A DNA stretch of 64,000 nt from NCBI GenBank assembly GCA_963555755.3, contig OY820905.2:1984001-2048000 (forward strand). The letters are read 5' to 3'. Shown here piece after piece: positions 9,235 through 19,133 of this stretch (positions are counted from its first letter, which is position 1; every line of letters starts with the position of its first letter). Both the position numbers and the translations under genes were made by a program. A model generated the notes under the pieces. It was not told where the DNA came from, made no database searches, and saw nothing but the letters and a program-made list of their open reading frames with translations. The stretch comes from Nitrospirales bacterium (GTDB taxonomy: Bacteria > Nitrospirota > Nitrospiria > Nitrospirales > UBA8639).

Positions 9235-9873
9235 TCAAGCGAATCGAAATATTTGAGCTAAAATTCCGGTCCTTGTGGAACTCCCTGTTTTCTTGAAGAT
9301 GTGCTTGATATGTTCTTTGACCGTATGTTCGCTAATATCGAGGAGTTCGGCAATTTCTCTGTTTGTCTTTCCGTCGGCGACGTGCATGACAATTTCAAGT
9401 TCACGATCCGTGAGATGGAAGTGCTTTTTGGCCGTATCGGATGGCGGTTGGATGCGCCGACCAAGCTTCTCCATGAGAATCAAATAGCGAGGCTCGTTTT
9501 CATCATTCCCGGGAATAAAAAACCCTCGAAGCAGGATAGGATTTGCCTCCTCACCAATGAATCGGCGCAATTGGATCTCCTCGCCATTCGGTGAACCGGT
9601 GGCAGCTTCCATTTCCTGTTGAAGAGCGGCGCACAATTCATGAATTTCTTGTGGAAGCACCCCATTGCCAAAGTCAACATTGCCGGGCATTCCTTGCCCA
9701 TGCACCACCTGATGGCACAACGCTTCTGCCTCTGCATTCATAAACAACAGACACTTCGCTCCCGTTAACGATACCACGCCGGGAACCGACCGGTTGTTCG
9801 CAATATTTTCAAGAACCATCGAAGACTGTTGGCCCGATTCTTTGTTAGACACGTTCGCCACCCATTCACCCAT
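9235..9873 (-). CDS. LuxR-type HTH transcriptional regulator with N-terminal PAS-like region
   Basis: LTDRELEIV..VADGKTNREIAELLDISEHTVKEHIKHIFKK. Confidence 0.88.
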   Translation of the reverse strand: MGEWVANVSNKESGQQSSMVLENIANNRSVPGVVSLTGAKCLLFMNAEAEALCHQVVHGQGMPGNVDFGNGVLPQEIHELCAALQQEMEAATGSPNGEEIQLRRFIGEEANPILLRGFFIPGNDENEPRYLILMEKLGRRIQPPSDTAKKHFHLTDRELEIVMHVADGKTNREIAELLDISEHTVKEHIKHIFKKTGSSTRTGILAQIFRFA

Positions 9874-10188
9874 TCTTGGTCATCGAAATATCATCTATCG
9901 AGATTTTCCTGTGGTAAGCCATCGGCAGCAATGCACCCCTTGCCTAGACAACGACTTCGTCGAAATTTGCACTTCGGGCACACGACAATCTTGTCATCGA
10001 CCCGTGGCACTGATATTAGGGTTTAATCGGTTAACTTGGTGGGTTTCTTTAAAGTCCTTACGCCAAGTTATTCCATAAATCTGAGAGATTCCGCATTCCC
10101 ACGACCTATTCAAAATTCTTTAACAAGACCATCGAGAAGGAATAGAGACCAATGAGCAATGGGGCACACCAGACTCACCTGGGAAGAA

Positions 10189-10345
10189 GGGTTCGCGCAA
10201 GAATAACTTCCCCTGTTTGGGTGCTGAAACACCTGTCTGGCAAGGCGCGAGGGCTGCGCATACTCCTCGTATGGAAAGGACGAGCAACGCCGCCAGACCG
10301 GATGGATCGACGCCCAAACAGGGGAAGTTATTCTTGCGCGAGCCC
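10189..10345. mobile_element. MITE-like family B
   Basis: 157 bp, same TIR; flanks GAA/AAA. Confidence 0.85.
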
Positions 10346-10352
10346 AAAAGGC

Positions 10353-10394
10353 AAAAAAAGCCCTGACACTCACGGGAAAACGAGTATCAGGGCC
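10353..10394 (-). terminator. Intrinsic terminator of bfr
   Basis: GC-rich hairpin followed by T7 on the minus strand. Confidence 0.65.
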
Positions 10395-10417
10395 TTATCA
10401 AGATAATTGGATCTAGA

Positions 10418-10894
10418 CTACTCTTCTTTTTTAATCTGCTCGCTCAGATAATTTTGCAGACCAACCTGCTTAATTATTTCTAATTGTGTTTCGATCCAAT
10501 CGATATGCTCTTCCTCATCTTTGACCATCTCTTCGAGCATATGCCGGGTGGTATAGTCACCGACTTTCACACAATGCACAATGCCTTCGGTCATCAATTT
10601 GACCATGGCTTTTTCTTTGTCGAGGTCGGCCTTTAATTGTTCAGGCACGTTTTCCCCGATCTTGACGGTTCCCAACTTTTGCATATTCGGTAGACCATCA
10701 AGATACAAGATATGATCGATCACCACCTGTGCATCTTTCATTTCTCCAAAACTGCGATCGAGCACATAATGATGGAGTCGATCATAGCCCCAATTTTTGC
10801 ACATCTTGGCATGGAGAAAATACTGATTAATGACGGTCAATTCCTCCGTCAAAATCTTATTGAGTAAATTGATCACTCCTTCTTTGGCTTTCAT
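10418..10894 (-). CDS. bfr: Bacterioferritin
   Basis: ELTVINQYFLH, EMK, ILYLDGLPNMQ, DEEEHIDWIETQL. Confidence 0.93.
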   Translation of the reverse strand: MKAKEGVINLLNKILTEELTVINQYFLHAKMCKNWGYDRLHHYVLDRSFGEMKDAQVVIDHILYLDGLPNMQKLGTVKIGENVPEQLKADLDKEKAMVKLMTEGIVHCVKVGDYTTRHMLEEMVKDEEEHIDWIETQLEIIKQVGLQNYLSEQIKKEE

Positions 10895-11128
10895 AGCGAT
10901 CTCCTTTCTATTGTCTTCACGAAAACATGATTAATATTTTTGACATGACTTCCAAGTATTTTTCGTCCATTTCTTTTGACCATCTTGTGTTCATGCTACC
11001 CCTCATTTTCGGACTCTGTCAATAGAAAACTTTAGGTATTTCTTCTTAGTCATGATTCTCTTTCTCAACTTCGCTGATTTGGATTCTCAACCTCGCTGAT
11101 TCGAATTTTCAACCTCAGAGAAAAGCCG

Positions 11129-11239
11129 TAATGCGTGACGCGTAAAGCGTGATGAGTAAAGAGCAGATCAACGGTCCTATTGCCTCACTCCTTCCGTTTT
11201 GCGCATTACGCATTACGCATAACACATCACACTTTACGT
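11129..11239. repeat. Heptamer tandem repeat arms in inverted arrangement
   Basis: TAATGCG/TGACGCG/TAAAGCG ... CATTACG/CATTACG/CATAACA; similar arrays at 16041-16152, 40043-40170, 59490-59565. Confidence 0.6.
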
Positions 11240-11287
11240 CCTCGACTGAGTTGACCAATATTCTTAGCCAGTGCTACCGTCCCTTCC

Positions 11288-14200
11288 ATGTCTAATGCAA
11301 AACCGAATCAACCGGCCAACCGGCTCATTCACGAAACCAGTCCCTATTTAATTCAGCACGCCTACAACCCCGTGGATTGGTATCCCTGGGGCAAGGCCGC
11401 TCTCGCGCGGGCCAAAACCGAAGACAAACCCATTCTGCTTTCCATCGGCTATTCCGCCTGTCATTGGTGTCACGTCATGGAACGGGAATCTTTTGAAAAC
11501 GACGAGATCGCCCGACTCATGAACCAAGAATACGTCTGCGTGAAGGTGGACCGGGAAGAACGCCCTGACCTCGACGAAATATACATGCAAGCCACTTTGG
11601 CGATGAATCAGGGAAACGGCGGTTGGCCCATGACCGTGTTTCTCACTCCTGATCAACAACCCATTTTTGCAGGCACATACTTTCCCCCGACTGATAAATG
11701 GGGACGCCCGGGCTTTGCCACGGTTCTGAAAAAAATCGCCGAGGGTTGGCACAAAGATCGTGCCGAAATTGTCGAGTCGGCCACCCGTTTTACCACACGA
11801 CTTCAAAAATCCATTCAAGTTCCATCACCCACCACAGTGGGACAAGCGGAACTCGATGCCGGGACGGAACAGTTCGCCAAGAACTTTGATCCGGTCTTTG
11901 GCGGGTTTGGGCAAGCGCCGAAATTTCCACCAGCTATTGGGCTCTCCTTTCTGCTTCGCCATTTCCATCAGACAGGGCATGAACCAACCTTACGCATGGT
12001 GCGGAAAACTCTCGATGCCATGGCTGCCGGTGGCATGTATGATCACATCGGTGGAGGATTTGCTCGTTACTCCACCGATGAACGATGGTTGGTCCCGCAC
12101 TTTGAAAAAATGTTGTATGACAATTCGTTGTTGGCAAAAACCTATATTGAAGCGTATCTAGTCACCCATGATGCCAATTACCAACGCATTGCGACGGAAA
12201 TCCTCGACTACATCATCCAAGAGATGACCTCCCCGGAAGGTGGATTCTACTCCGCAACCGATGCCGACTCGGAAGGGGTTGAGGGAAAGTTCTTTGTGTG
12301 GGATCCCGATCAAATTGAGACAATCGTTTCATCTGAAGAAGACATCAAACGCTTTTGTGCGTTTTACGACATCACAGCCGATGGCAATTGGGAACACCAC
12401 AGTATCCCTAATACGCCTCGCGATCTTGAAGATGTGGCTCAAGAACTGGGCTGCTCTCCAGAAGCACTCCAAGAAACCATCGACCGCGTTCGACCACTCG
12501 TTTACCAAGCTCGGTTGAAACGCGTGGCACCAGGACTTGACGACAAAGTCATCACCGCCTGGAACGGCATGATGATTAGCGCCATGGCTGAAGCCGCTCG
12601 CGTGTTAGGACAAACCCGATACTTGGAAGCTGCCACCAAGGCAGCCGACTTTCTCCTGACTACGCTCTCACGACCTGACGGTGGATTGTATCGGACGTCT
12701 CGGGCAGACAAAGCACATCTAGACGCCTACCTCGAAGATTATGCCTTCCTCATCGAAGCCTTGATCGATGTGTATGAAGCCGGTGGGAAGGAACACTATT
12801 TGAAGGAAGCCGTTCGACTCGCCGACCGACTCATCAAAGATTTCTCCGATGAACAACATGGCGGATTTTTCACAACCGCGAAAGACCATGAGACCTTGAT
12901 ACTTCGCAGTCGGGAAGGCCCCGATGGAGCCACACCCAGCGGCAATGCGGTCGCGGCTATGGCCTTGGCTCGGCTTTCGTTTCATTTTGGTAGGGAAGAT
13001 TTTCGTGACGCCGCCACGGCAGCGATTCGGGCCTATGGCCGACAGATCGCGCAAATTCCTCGTGGCTTTGCCAAATCGTTGATCGCCTCTGACCTCCTTC
13101 TCAGAGGGCCGGTCGAATTGGCACTTGTCGGCACCCCAGGGGAAACAAAATTTGAAGCCCTTTCCAAAGAACTCCGTCGCCATTACGTGCCCAATCGGGT
13201 CATCGCTCATATAGATCCCCAGCACCCCGAGACGGTGCATCCTCTTCTTCAAGGCAAAACATTAATCAATGGACAGCCAGCCCTATATATCTGCCGAAAC
13301 TTTGCATGCGAAGCACCCATCACCGACCCGGGATTCATCGAGCAGGCTGTAAGAAGCCAATCGAATCCAACTCCCGTTTCGGCCTCAGGCAAAGCCACCA
13401 CGCTGACAACTTCGGGACTCCCAGGCAAAGCCACTGCAGGAGGCACGGGTACCTATGTCTCACGCGCCTTGGCCAGCCCATTGCCTTCCCGACCATCGGC
13501 CACAGGCTATACACCGTTCGGCTCCACGGGTCTCACCACATCTCGCATCGGATTTGGCGGCTACCGCATTGCTGAAGGCCAAGATGAACATCGTGAGGCC
13601 CTTTGCAAAGCCATCCGGGAGGGATGCAATCTCATCGACACCTCAACAAACTATACAGATGGAGCCAGCGAACAATTGATCGGGAGTGTGTTGAAGGAAT
13701 TAATTGGCAAACAGGAAATCACGCGAGAAAATATCATCGTCGTTTCAAAGATTGGCTATGTGCAGGCCAAAAACCTCGCCCGTGCCGAAGCCAAGGAACA
13801 AGCGGGCCAGGCTTACCCGGACATGGTCAAATATGGTGAGGGCTTGTGGCATTGCCTCCACCCCGAGTTTCTCGAAGATCAGCTCACGCTTTCACTTGAC
13901 CGACTCGGATTAGACACGCTTGACGTATGCCTACTCCACAACCCGGAATATTTCCTTTCCGATGCCAAGAATCGAAAGCTTTCGGTTGATGACGCGAAGC
14001 TCCTGGAATTGCGAAATGAATTTTATCGTCGCCTTCAACAGGCATTCACCTATTTTGAAGAACAAGTCACGGCCGGACGGCTCCAATTCTACGGCGCGTC
14101 GTCCAACACCTGCACGGCTTCTCCGGATGATCCCGAAGCCACCTCCTTGTCACGAATGCGTGAATGCGCGCAAGCCGCAGCCCAAGCACTTGGAAAGTCA

Positions 14201-14986
14201 TCACATGCCTTTCGAGTCCTGCAACTTCCCATGAACCTGTTCGAGTCTGGAGCATTACTCACTCCCAACACTGGAAGTGACGGAACGCAAACCGTCCTGG
14301 AATTCGCGCAACGGGAGCAGATTGCCGTATTAGTAAACCGTCCACTCAATGCCATTCCGGCTAAGCATCAAGGCATGATTCGGTTAGCCGATCCACAAAC
14401 CGAACCGGTTGAATTCACATTTGAATCTCAGCATGAAAAACTGGCCACGTTGGAAGAAGAATTTCTGAAAGACTTTGTCCCGCATATCCCTTATTCAGGG
14501 AAGGGGCTCGAGCCCAAAGACTTTTTTTCCTTTACCGAAGAGCTCACCAGCCTTCGGCCTCAACTCCAAAGTCTCGAACATTGGGATCAAATCGAATCGC
14601 AAATGATTGCCCCCCACATCAACCAAGCCCTCCAAGTCGTCACCAAGCAACTCGGTGAAGACAAAGCCACCGCCTGGAAAAGTTGGCAAAACCGTTACAT
14701 TCCCACACTCGTGACTCTGTTTCTTATTCTACGAAAAGAGGCGGCTGCAAAAAATCGTGACACCCTCAAAGGGATCACAGCTACGATCGATCCCCTTCTG
14801 CCTGAAGAAAAGCGCCCAGAACCCATTTCCCGAAAAACCCTCTGGATTCTCACCAGCACGCCCGGCATCACCTGTGTCCTTAACGGCATGCGAACAACAC
14901 ACTATGTCGACGACGCACTCACCATCTTAAGCTGGGACCCACTTGCCACTCCACGAAACGTGTTTGAATCACTCATCCGGCCTTAG
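11288..14986 (+). CDS. YyaL/SSP411 thioredoxin plus (alpha/alpha)6 protein fused to a C-terminal aldo/keto reductase-like domain
   Basis: [39 protein letters not shown]; then [26 protein letters not shown]. Confidence 0.9.
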   Translation: MSNAKPNQPANRLIHETSPYLIQHAYNPVDWYPWGKAALARAKTEDKPILLSIGYSACHWCHVMERESFENDEIARLMNQEYVCVKVDREERPDLDEIYMQATLAMNQGNGGWPMTVFLTPDQQPIFAGTYFPPTDKWGRPGFATVLKKIAEGWHKDRAEIVESATRFTTRLQKSIQVPSPTTVGQAELDAGTEQFAKNFDPVFGGFGQAPKFPPAIGLSFLLRHFHQTGHEPTLRMVRKTLDAMAAGGMYDHIGGGFARYSTDERWLVPHFEKMLYDNSLLAKTYIEAYLVTHDANYQRIATEILDYIIQEMTSPEGGFYSATDADSEGVEGKFFVWDPDQIETIVSSEEDIKRFCAFYDITADGNWEHHSIPNTPRDLEDVAQELGCSPEALQETIDRVRPLVYQARLKRVAPGLDDKVITAWNGMMISAMAEAARVLGQTRYLEAATKAADFLLTTLSRPDGGLYRTSRADKAHLDAYLEDYAFLIEALIDVYEAGGKEHYLKEAVRLADRLIKDFSDEQHGGFFTTAKDHETLILRSREGPDGATPSGNAVAAMALARLSFHFGREDFRDAATAAIRAYGRQIAQIPRGFAKSLIASDLLLRGPVELALVGTPGETKFEALSKELRRHYVPNRVIAHIDPQHPETVHPLLQGKTLINGQPALYICRNFACEAPITDPGFIEQAVRSQSNPTPVSASGKATTLTTSGLPGKATAGGTGTYVSRALASPLPSRPSATGYTPFGSTGLTTSRIGFGGYRIAEGQDEHREALCKAIREGCNLIDTSTNYTDGASEQLIGSVLKELIGKQEITRENIIVVSKIGYVQAKNLARAEAKEQAGQAYPDMVKYGEGLWHCLHPEFLEDQLTLSLDRLGLDTLDVCLLHNPEYFLSDAKNRKLSVDDAKLLELRNEFYRRLQQAFTYFEEQVTAGRLQFYGASSNTCTASPDDPEATSLSRMRECAQAAAQALGKSSHAFRVLQLPMNLFESGALLTPNTGSDGTQTVLEFAQREQIAVLVNRPLNAIPAKHQGMIRLADPQTEPVEFTFESQHEKLATLEEEFLKDFVPHIPYSGKGLEPKDFFSFTEELTSLRPQLQSLEHWDQIESQMIAPHINQALQVVTKQLGEDKATAWKSWQNRYIPTLVTLFLILRKEAAAKNRDTLKGITATIDPLLPEEKRPEPISRKTLWILTSTPGITCVLNGMRTTHYVDDALTILSWDPLATPRNVFESLIRP

Positions 14987-15165
14987 GACCTGCGAGAAAA
15001 TAACTTGATCAATATCGCGCCAAGATTTGGGTCGGATTTGGACGGAACGATTGAGAAACACCCGAGGCATAGCACAGCTATGGTGAGGGTGTTCCGATTG
15101 AGGCCCGTTCAAAGGTGGCCCGAAGATTGGATGCGAGATTGATTAAGTTATTTTCTCGCAGGTCC
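14986..15165. mobile_element. MITE-like family F (180 bp) at the gene stop codon
   Basis: TIR GGACCTGCGAGAAAATAACTT; TTA duplicated; absent from the duplicate gene end at 17090. Confidence 0.82.
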
Positions 15166-15210
15166 TTAGGGTTCTACAGCAACATTCCCAGAAACACTAC
15201 CAAATCTGTC

Positions 15211-15639
15211 TCAGCTCAGAGGGTGTCTCCAGCGAAGTCCGGGGAACCGGCTGTAGTCTCGGTCGGTCGTGATCCATTCGCTTCCTGACTCAATGGCCAT
15301 AGCCGCAAGATAGGCGTCAGGCACCAAATTGCCTTTGATGCCAGCCTCCCGGCACAGTCGAGCAAAGATTTCCCAATGCCGTGTCCCTGGAGAGAGGAGT
15401 ACACAGTTGGGTCGCGAGCGAATGGCATTCACAAATGAAAACGCTATGGAGGTTGGGGTTGGCCTGTTGAAGACTTTTGTATGGGTCACCACCCGAAGAA
15501 ATCCACTGAGAACAAGATCGCAGATGCCAAATGCTGTCTCTGCCTCGACCCAGCGTTCTAGCCAAGACCGGTATAGCGCATGATCGAGAGCGTCTTCTCG
15601 GTGGGCGTAAACAAGAATGTTTACGTCAACGAGTTCCAT
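15211..15639 (-). CDS. vapC: VapC PIN-domain toxin
   Basis: LVDVNILVYA, GFLRVVTH, GNLVPDAYLAA, TTDRDYSRF. Confidence 0.92.
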   Translation of the reverse strand: MELVDVNILVYAHREDALDHALYRSWLERWVEAETAFGICDLVLSGFLRVVTHTKVFNRPTPTSIAFSFVNAIRSRPNCVLLSPGTRHWEIFARLCREAGIKGNLVPDAYLAAMAIESGSEWITTDRDYSRFPGLRWRHPLS

Positions 15640-15877
15640 CTACCCGTTCCATGACGTCTAACAAGTCGGCACTGTTGTCAAGATCGATTCCAGGCTGAAG
15701 GCCGCCCCCATGATAGGTGGGAAGCTTCAACCGTCGTTTGACTGGGGCATGGCGTTTCATCGCCAGAAACGTTCGCAAGGCATCTTCAAGCAGTGCTGTG
15801 AAAGTACGGCCCGTTTTGGCGGCATGTTGTTTCGCCTCATTAAGGAGCTGGTCGTCAAGCCGAACCGTCGTTCTCAT
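15626..15877 (-). CDS. vapB: VapB antitoxin (RHH)
   Basis: MRTTVRLDDQLL.EAK; overlaps vapC. Confidence 0.88.
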   Translation of the reverse strand: MRTTVRLDDQLLNEAKQHAAKTGRTFTALLEDALRTFLAMKRHAPVKRRLKLPTYHGGGLQPGIDLDNSADLLDVMERVDGTR

Positions 15878-15935
15878 ACACCAAAGCATATGACTAATGC
15901 ATCAATATGTCAATAATGGCTTTTTTGCGGAATTC

Positions 15936-16030
15936 CTCAGGTTCGCCGACTCCTGCGAAGGGCTCGCGTTGTGTCTCACATATTATAGCTATTTCAATTA
16001 ACTTCCGTTCTTTTTGCTGATGGCGGAAGA
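15936..16030 (-). pseudogene. YoeB toxin fragment
   Basis: Encodes ...ETQREPFAGVGEPE; about 35 nt identical to yoeB at 17398-17432. Confidence 0.65.
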
Positions 16031-16040
16031 ACAATACCGT

Positions 16041-16152
16041 AAATCCGAAACTTGAAAATCGAAATCCGAAACAAATGAGAATAACCAAATTGAAAAATTC
16101 GAATTTAGCATTTCGGATTTGTTTCGAAATTTGATATTGGCATTTCGAGTTT
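16041..16152. repeat. AT-rich heptamer/inverted repeat element
   Basis: AAATCCG-AAACTTG-AAAATCG-AAATCCG-AAACAAA arm and complementary arm; same type at 40043-40170. Confidence 0.6.
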
Positions 16153-16215
16153 ATGGACTTTATTTGGAGTGTAATTCTATTACATTTTTAAATAGGTTTG
16201 ACCCCTTACTGTCCT

Positions 16216-17090
16216 TGCACGGCTTCTCCCAATGACCCCAAGGCCACCTCATTTTCTCGAATGCTTAAATGTGCGCAAGCCGCAGCCCAAGCACTAGGGA
16301 AAACGTCGCATGCCTTTCGAGTCGTACAACTTCCAATGAACCTGTTCGAGTCCGAGACATTACTCACTCCCAACACTGGAAGTGACGGGACCCAAACCGT
16401 TCTGGAATTCGCGCAACAAGAGCAAATTGCCATATTGGTGAATCGGCCCCTCAACGCCATCCCGGCTAAGCATCGGGGCATGATTCGGTTGGCCGATCCC
16501 AAAACCGAACCGGTTGAATCCACATTTGAATCCCAGCATGAAAAACTGGTCACGTTGGAAGAAGAGTTTCTGAAGGACTTTGCCCCGCATATCCCTTATT
16601 CTGGGAAGGGACTCGAGCCCAAAGACTTTTTCTCGCTAACCGAAGAGCTCACCAGCCTTCGGCCTCAACTCCAAAGTCTCGAACATTGGGATCAAATTGA
16701 ATCGCAAATGATTGCCCCCACATCAATCAAGCCCTCCAGGTCGTCACCAAGCAACTCGGTGAAGACAAAGCCACCGCCTGGAAAAGTTGGCAAAACCGCT
16801 ACATTCCCAAACTCGTGACCCTGTTTCTTATTCTCCGAAAAGAAGCCGCTGCAAAAAATCGTGACACCCTCAAAGGGATCACGGACACCATCGCTCCTCT
16901 CCTCCCAGAGGAAAAACGCACCGAACCAATTTCCCGAAAAGCCCCCTGGATACTCACCAGCACTCCCGGTGTCACCTGCGTGCTCAACGGCATGAGAACC
17001 CCAAACTATGTGGACGACGCCCTCACCATCCTGGGCTGGGACCAACTTACCACTCCACGAAACATATTTGAATCGCTTATTCGGCCTTAA
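16216..17090 (+). pseudogene. Diverged, frameshifted duplicate of the 3' ~875 bp of the YyaL-AKR gene
   Basis: Colinear with 14111-14985; one C lost in the C-run near 16715 splits the frame. Confidence 0.92.
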
Positions 17091-17271
17091 CCTCCTGTCC
17101 ACTTCACCCGCAACCGGTGTTCTTCGCCACGGGGTGTGCCCACGCGGGCTTCATCGCGTCCCTTCTTACAGCATCTTCACCGGCGTAGGGTATGAAGACA
17201 GAGGGAAGGGGGTAGTGGATACTCGACGGGTTGTTGAGAGAGTGGAGTGGAGCATTCCGCTGAACCAAGGC

Positions 17272-17526
17272 TCAGTAATGAAACCGTAACTGGGCGATCA
17301 TGAGGGTCTTACCCTCAACACGATATACCATGCGATGCTCATCGGTTATTCGGCGTGACCAGAAACCTGCAAGGGCATGCTTCAAAGGTTCGGGTTTGCC
17401 GACTCCTGCGAAGGGCTCGCGTTGTGTCTCACGTATCAACTTGTTGATGCGCTCGACCATGCGTTTGTCTTGTTTTTGCCAATACAGATAGTCTGCCCAT
17501 GCTTCGTCAGCAAAGAGCAGTTTCAC
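17272..17526 (-). CDS. yoeB: YoeB/Txe toxin
   Basis: AWADYLYWQKQDK, GVGKPEPLKH.LAGFWSRRITDEHR, C-terminal RFHY. Confidence 0.95.
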   Translation of the reverse strand: MKLLFADEAWADYLYWQKQDKRMVERINKLIRETQREPFAGVGKPEPLKHALAGFWSRRITDEHRMVYRVEGKTLMIAQLRFHY

Positions 17527-17774
17527 TTGGCGAGCTTCCGCCCAACGCCTTTGCCGGCGTTCAATTGAGCGACGGCGGCAAGAAGACGCTTAGCGTTGGC
17601 AGGTGTGCGTAAGAGATATGCGGTTTCCTCCAATGCCTTGAAATCTTCGAGGGAAAGCATCACGACGGACTGTCGTCCATTGCGGGTAATAATCAAGGGT
17701 TCGTGGTCGTTGCACACACGATCCATTGCACTGGCGAGATTTGCACGAACGGTGGTGTACGTGTTGGCATCCAT
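17523..17774 (-). CDS. yefM: YefM/Phd antitoxin
   Basis: YT.VRANLA..MDRVCNDHEP.IITR, LEETAYLLRTPANA. Confidence 0.95.
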   Translation of the reverse strand: MDANTYTTVRANLASAMDRVCNDHEPLIITRNGRQSVVMLSLEDFKALEETAYLLRTPANAKRLLAAVAQLNAGKGVGRKLAK

Positions 17775-17792
17775 AATCGATCTCCTAATATA

Positions 17793-17810
17793 TGTACAGG
17801 ATACTGTACG
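17793..17810. promoter_or_regulatory. YefM-type operator palindrome
   Basis: TGTACAGgataCTGTACG just upstream of yefM; TGTACA is the known YefM core. Confidence 0.65.
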
Positions 17811-18015
17811 TTATAAGTGGAAGTTTGTCCAGTTCAACGGCACTGCTTGTCTTCTGAACATCCTTACCTTCTTTCGCATTTAAAGGTCTGCCATTTTGTC
17901 CAATGAGTCCTGTCCATGACGCTCCCAAACTCGTCACCTTGTTTCTTATTCTATGAAAAGAGGCCGCTGCACAAAGGTACGTTTGAGGAAGGTTTTTATG
18001 GGGGAATTATTAGAG

Positions 18016-18230
18016 GCAGGGTTTCGCCCCTGCACGACGAGGCCCTTTTGTTTCGGCAAAAGGACCCAAAACCATGTTCGCCCGTGCGTGTCCCTACGGG
18101 TGAACTCCGCCACCTTACCGAATCAAAATGGTTCAGAAACTCGCTGCGCTCAAACAGTCTTCGCCAAAGAGTCGGATTCGGTAAGGCGGCTCCGCCGCGC
18201 CCAAGGCGGAAAGAAACTCAAGAAACAAAT
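18016..18230 (+). repeat. Structured repeat family G, copy 1 (no TIR)
   Basis: Homologous to the reverse complement of 23651-23866, with compensatory stem changes. Confidence 0.75.
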
Positions 18231-18377
18231 CAGGAATACAAACTGCGGGCAAACCCTACTAAAACTGGCTCCTCCGAAGAATTTGTGGGTACTTCTCAGG
18301 TAACTCCTAAGTAACTTCATGCTATCCTCCGTCGTCCGGGTGCGCCGCGCGCCATAAGGGCGCTAGGTACCTCCCCG

Positions 18378-18456
18378 CGTCATTCCCGACGTCTGTTATC
18401 GGGAATCCAGGTTCGTTCTTAAGATAGATCCCCGATAACCAACGTCGGGGATGACG
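18378..18456. repeat. REP-like doublet (CGTCATTCCCG...CGGGAATCC / GATCCCCG...CGGGGATGACG)
   Basis: Inverted pair of short palindromes. Confidence 0.7.
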
Positions 18457-18634
18457 GATTCAGGTTCACCAGACCTCGGCCTTTCTTCTCTCCTGTGCCT
18501 CCTCAGTTGCCTCACAAGTTACTTTCCGTCGTCTGGGTGGGCCGCGCCCCATAAGGGCGCTACTCAGGAGGTTTCCCACAAGGCCACATGCCATAGCCCC
18601 TGCACCGTAGGCTTAATCGGCTTGTGGACCCTGA

Positions 18635-18887
18635 GGGAAACTTCGGATCAATCGCAATTTTGGTGGAGTGAGACTCGCGTCTTGAGTCAGACCTTGACAG
18701 AATCCGTTCGCCCTGAGCTTGTCGAAGGGTCAGAAACTTCAATGTGTACCATTCATGGTTCGACAAGCTCACCACGAACGGAACGGGATTGGACGCCTAA
18801 ATCAGAACAGGAGCCCCTCGCATAGTATGTCCGTCATCGCCATAGGCCTCGACTCCACCAAAATTGCAACTGATCCGAAACTTCCCC
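18635..18887. repeat. ~35-bp inverted-repeat element enclosing a REP doublet (CCCTGAGCTTGTCGAAGGG type, 18703-18782)
   Basis: GGGAAACTTCGGATCAATCGCAATTTTGGTGGAGT vs ACTCCACCAAAATTGCAACTGATCCGAAACTTCCCC. Confidence 0.65.
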
Positions 18888-19133
18888 ATGAGTCAATTGA
18901 ATATGAGCATCGAAATAAAACCGGTCCCCGGTGGGAAAATTCGTTGGTTTTTCAGTGCCTTGGAAAGGATTCGTTAGGTGCTCGACCCACAAATTTTCCT
19001 GAAGAGCCCTAAAACTCAATACTCATATCTGACCCCACATCCAAGAAATGCCGTAAACTGAAATTGAAATTTTCCTAGGGGTGGCGTAAATTGTTTCAAT
19101 GGAATCAAAATGATTTCGGTATGGGGTGTGTAA

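Noticed and set aside
11129..11239. CRISPR array at this or the other repeat clusters
   Set aside because: No constant 25-40 bp repeats with unique spacers, and no cas genes.
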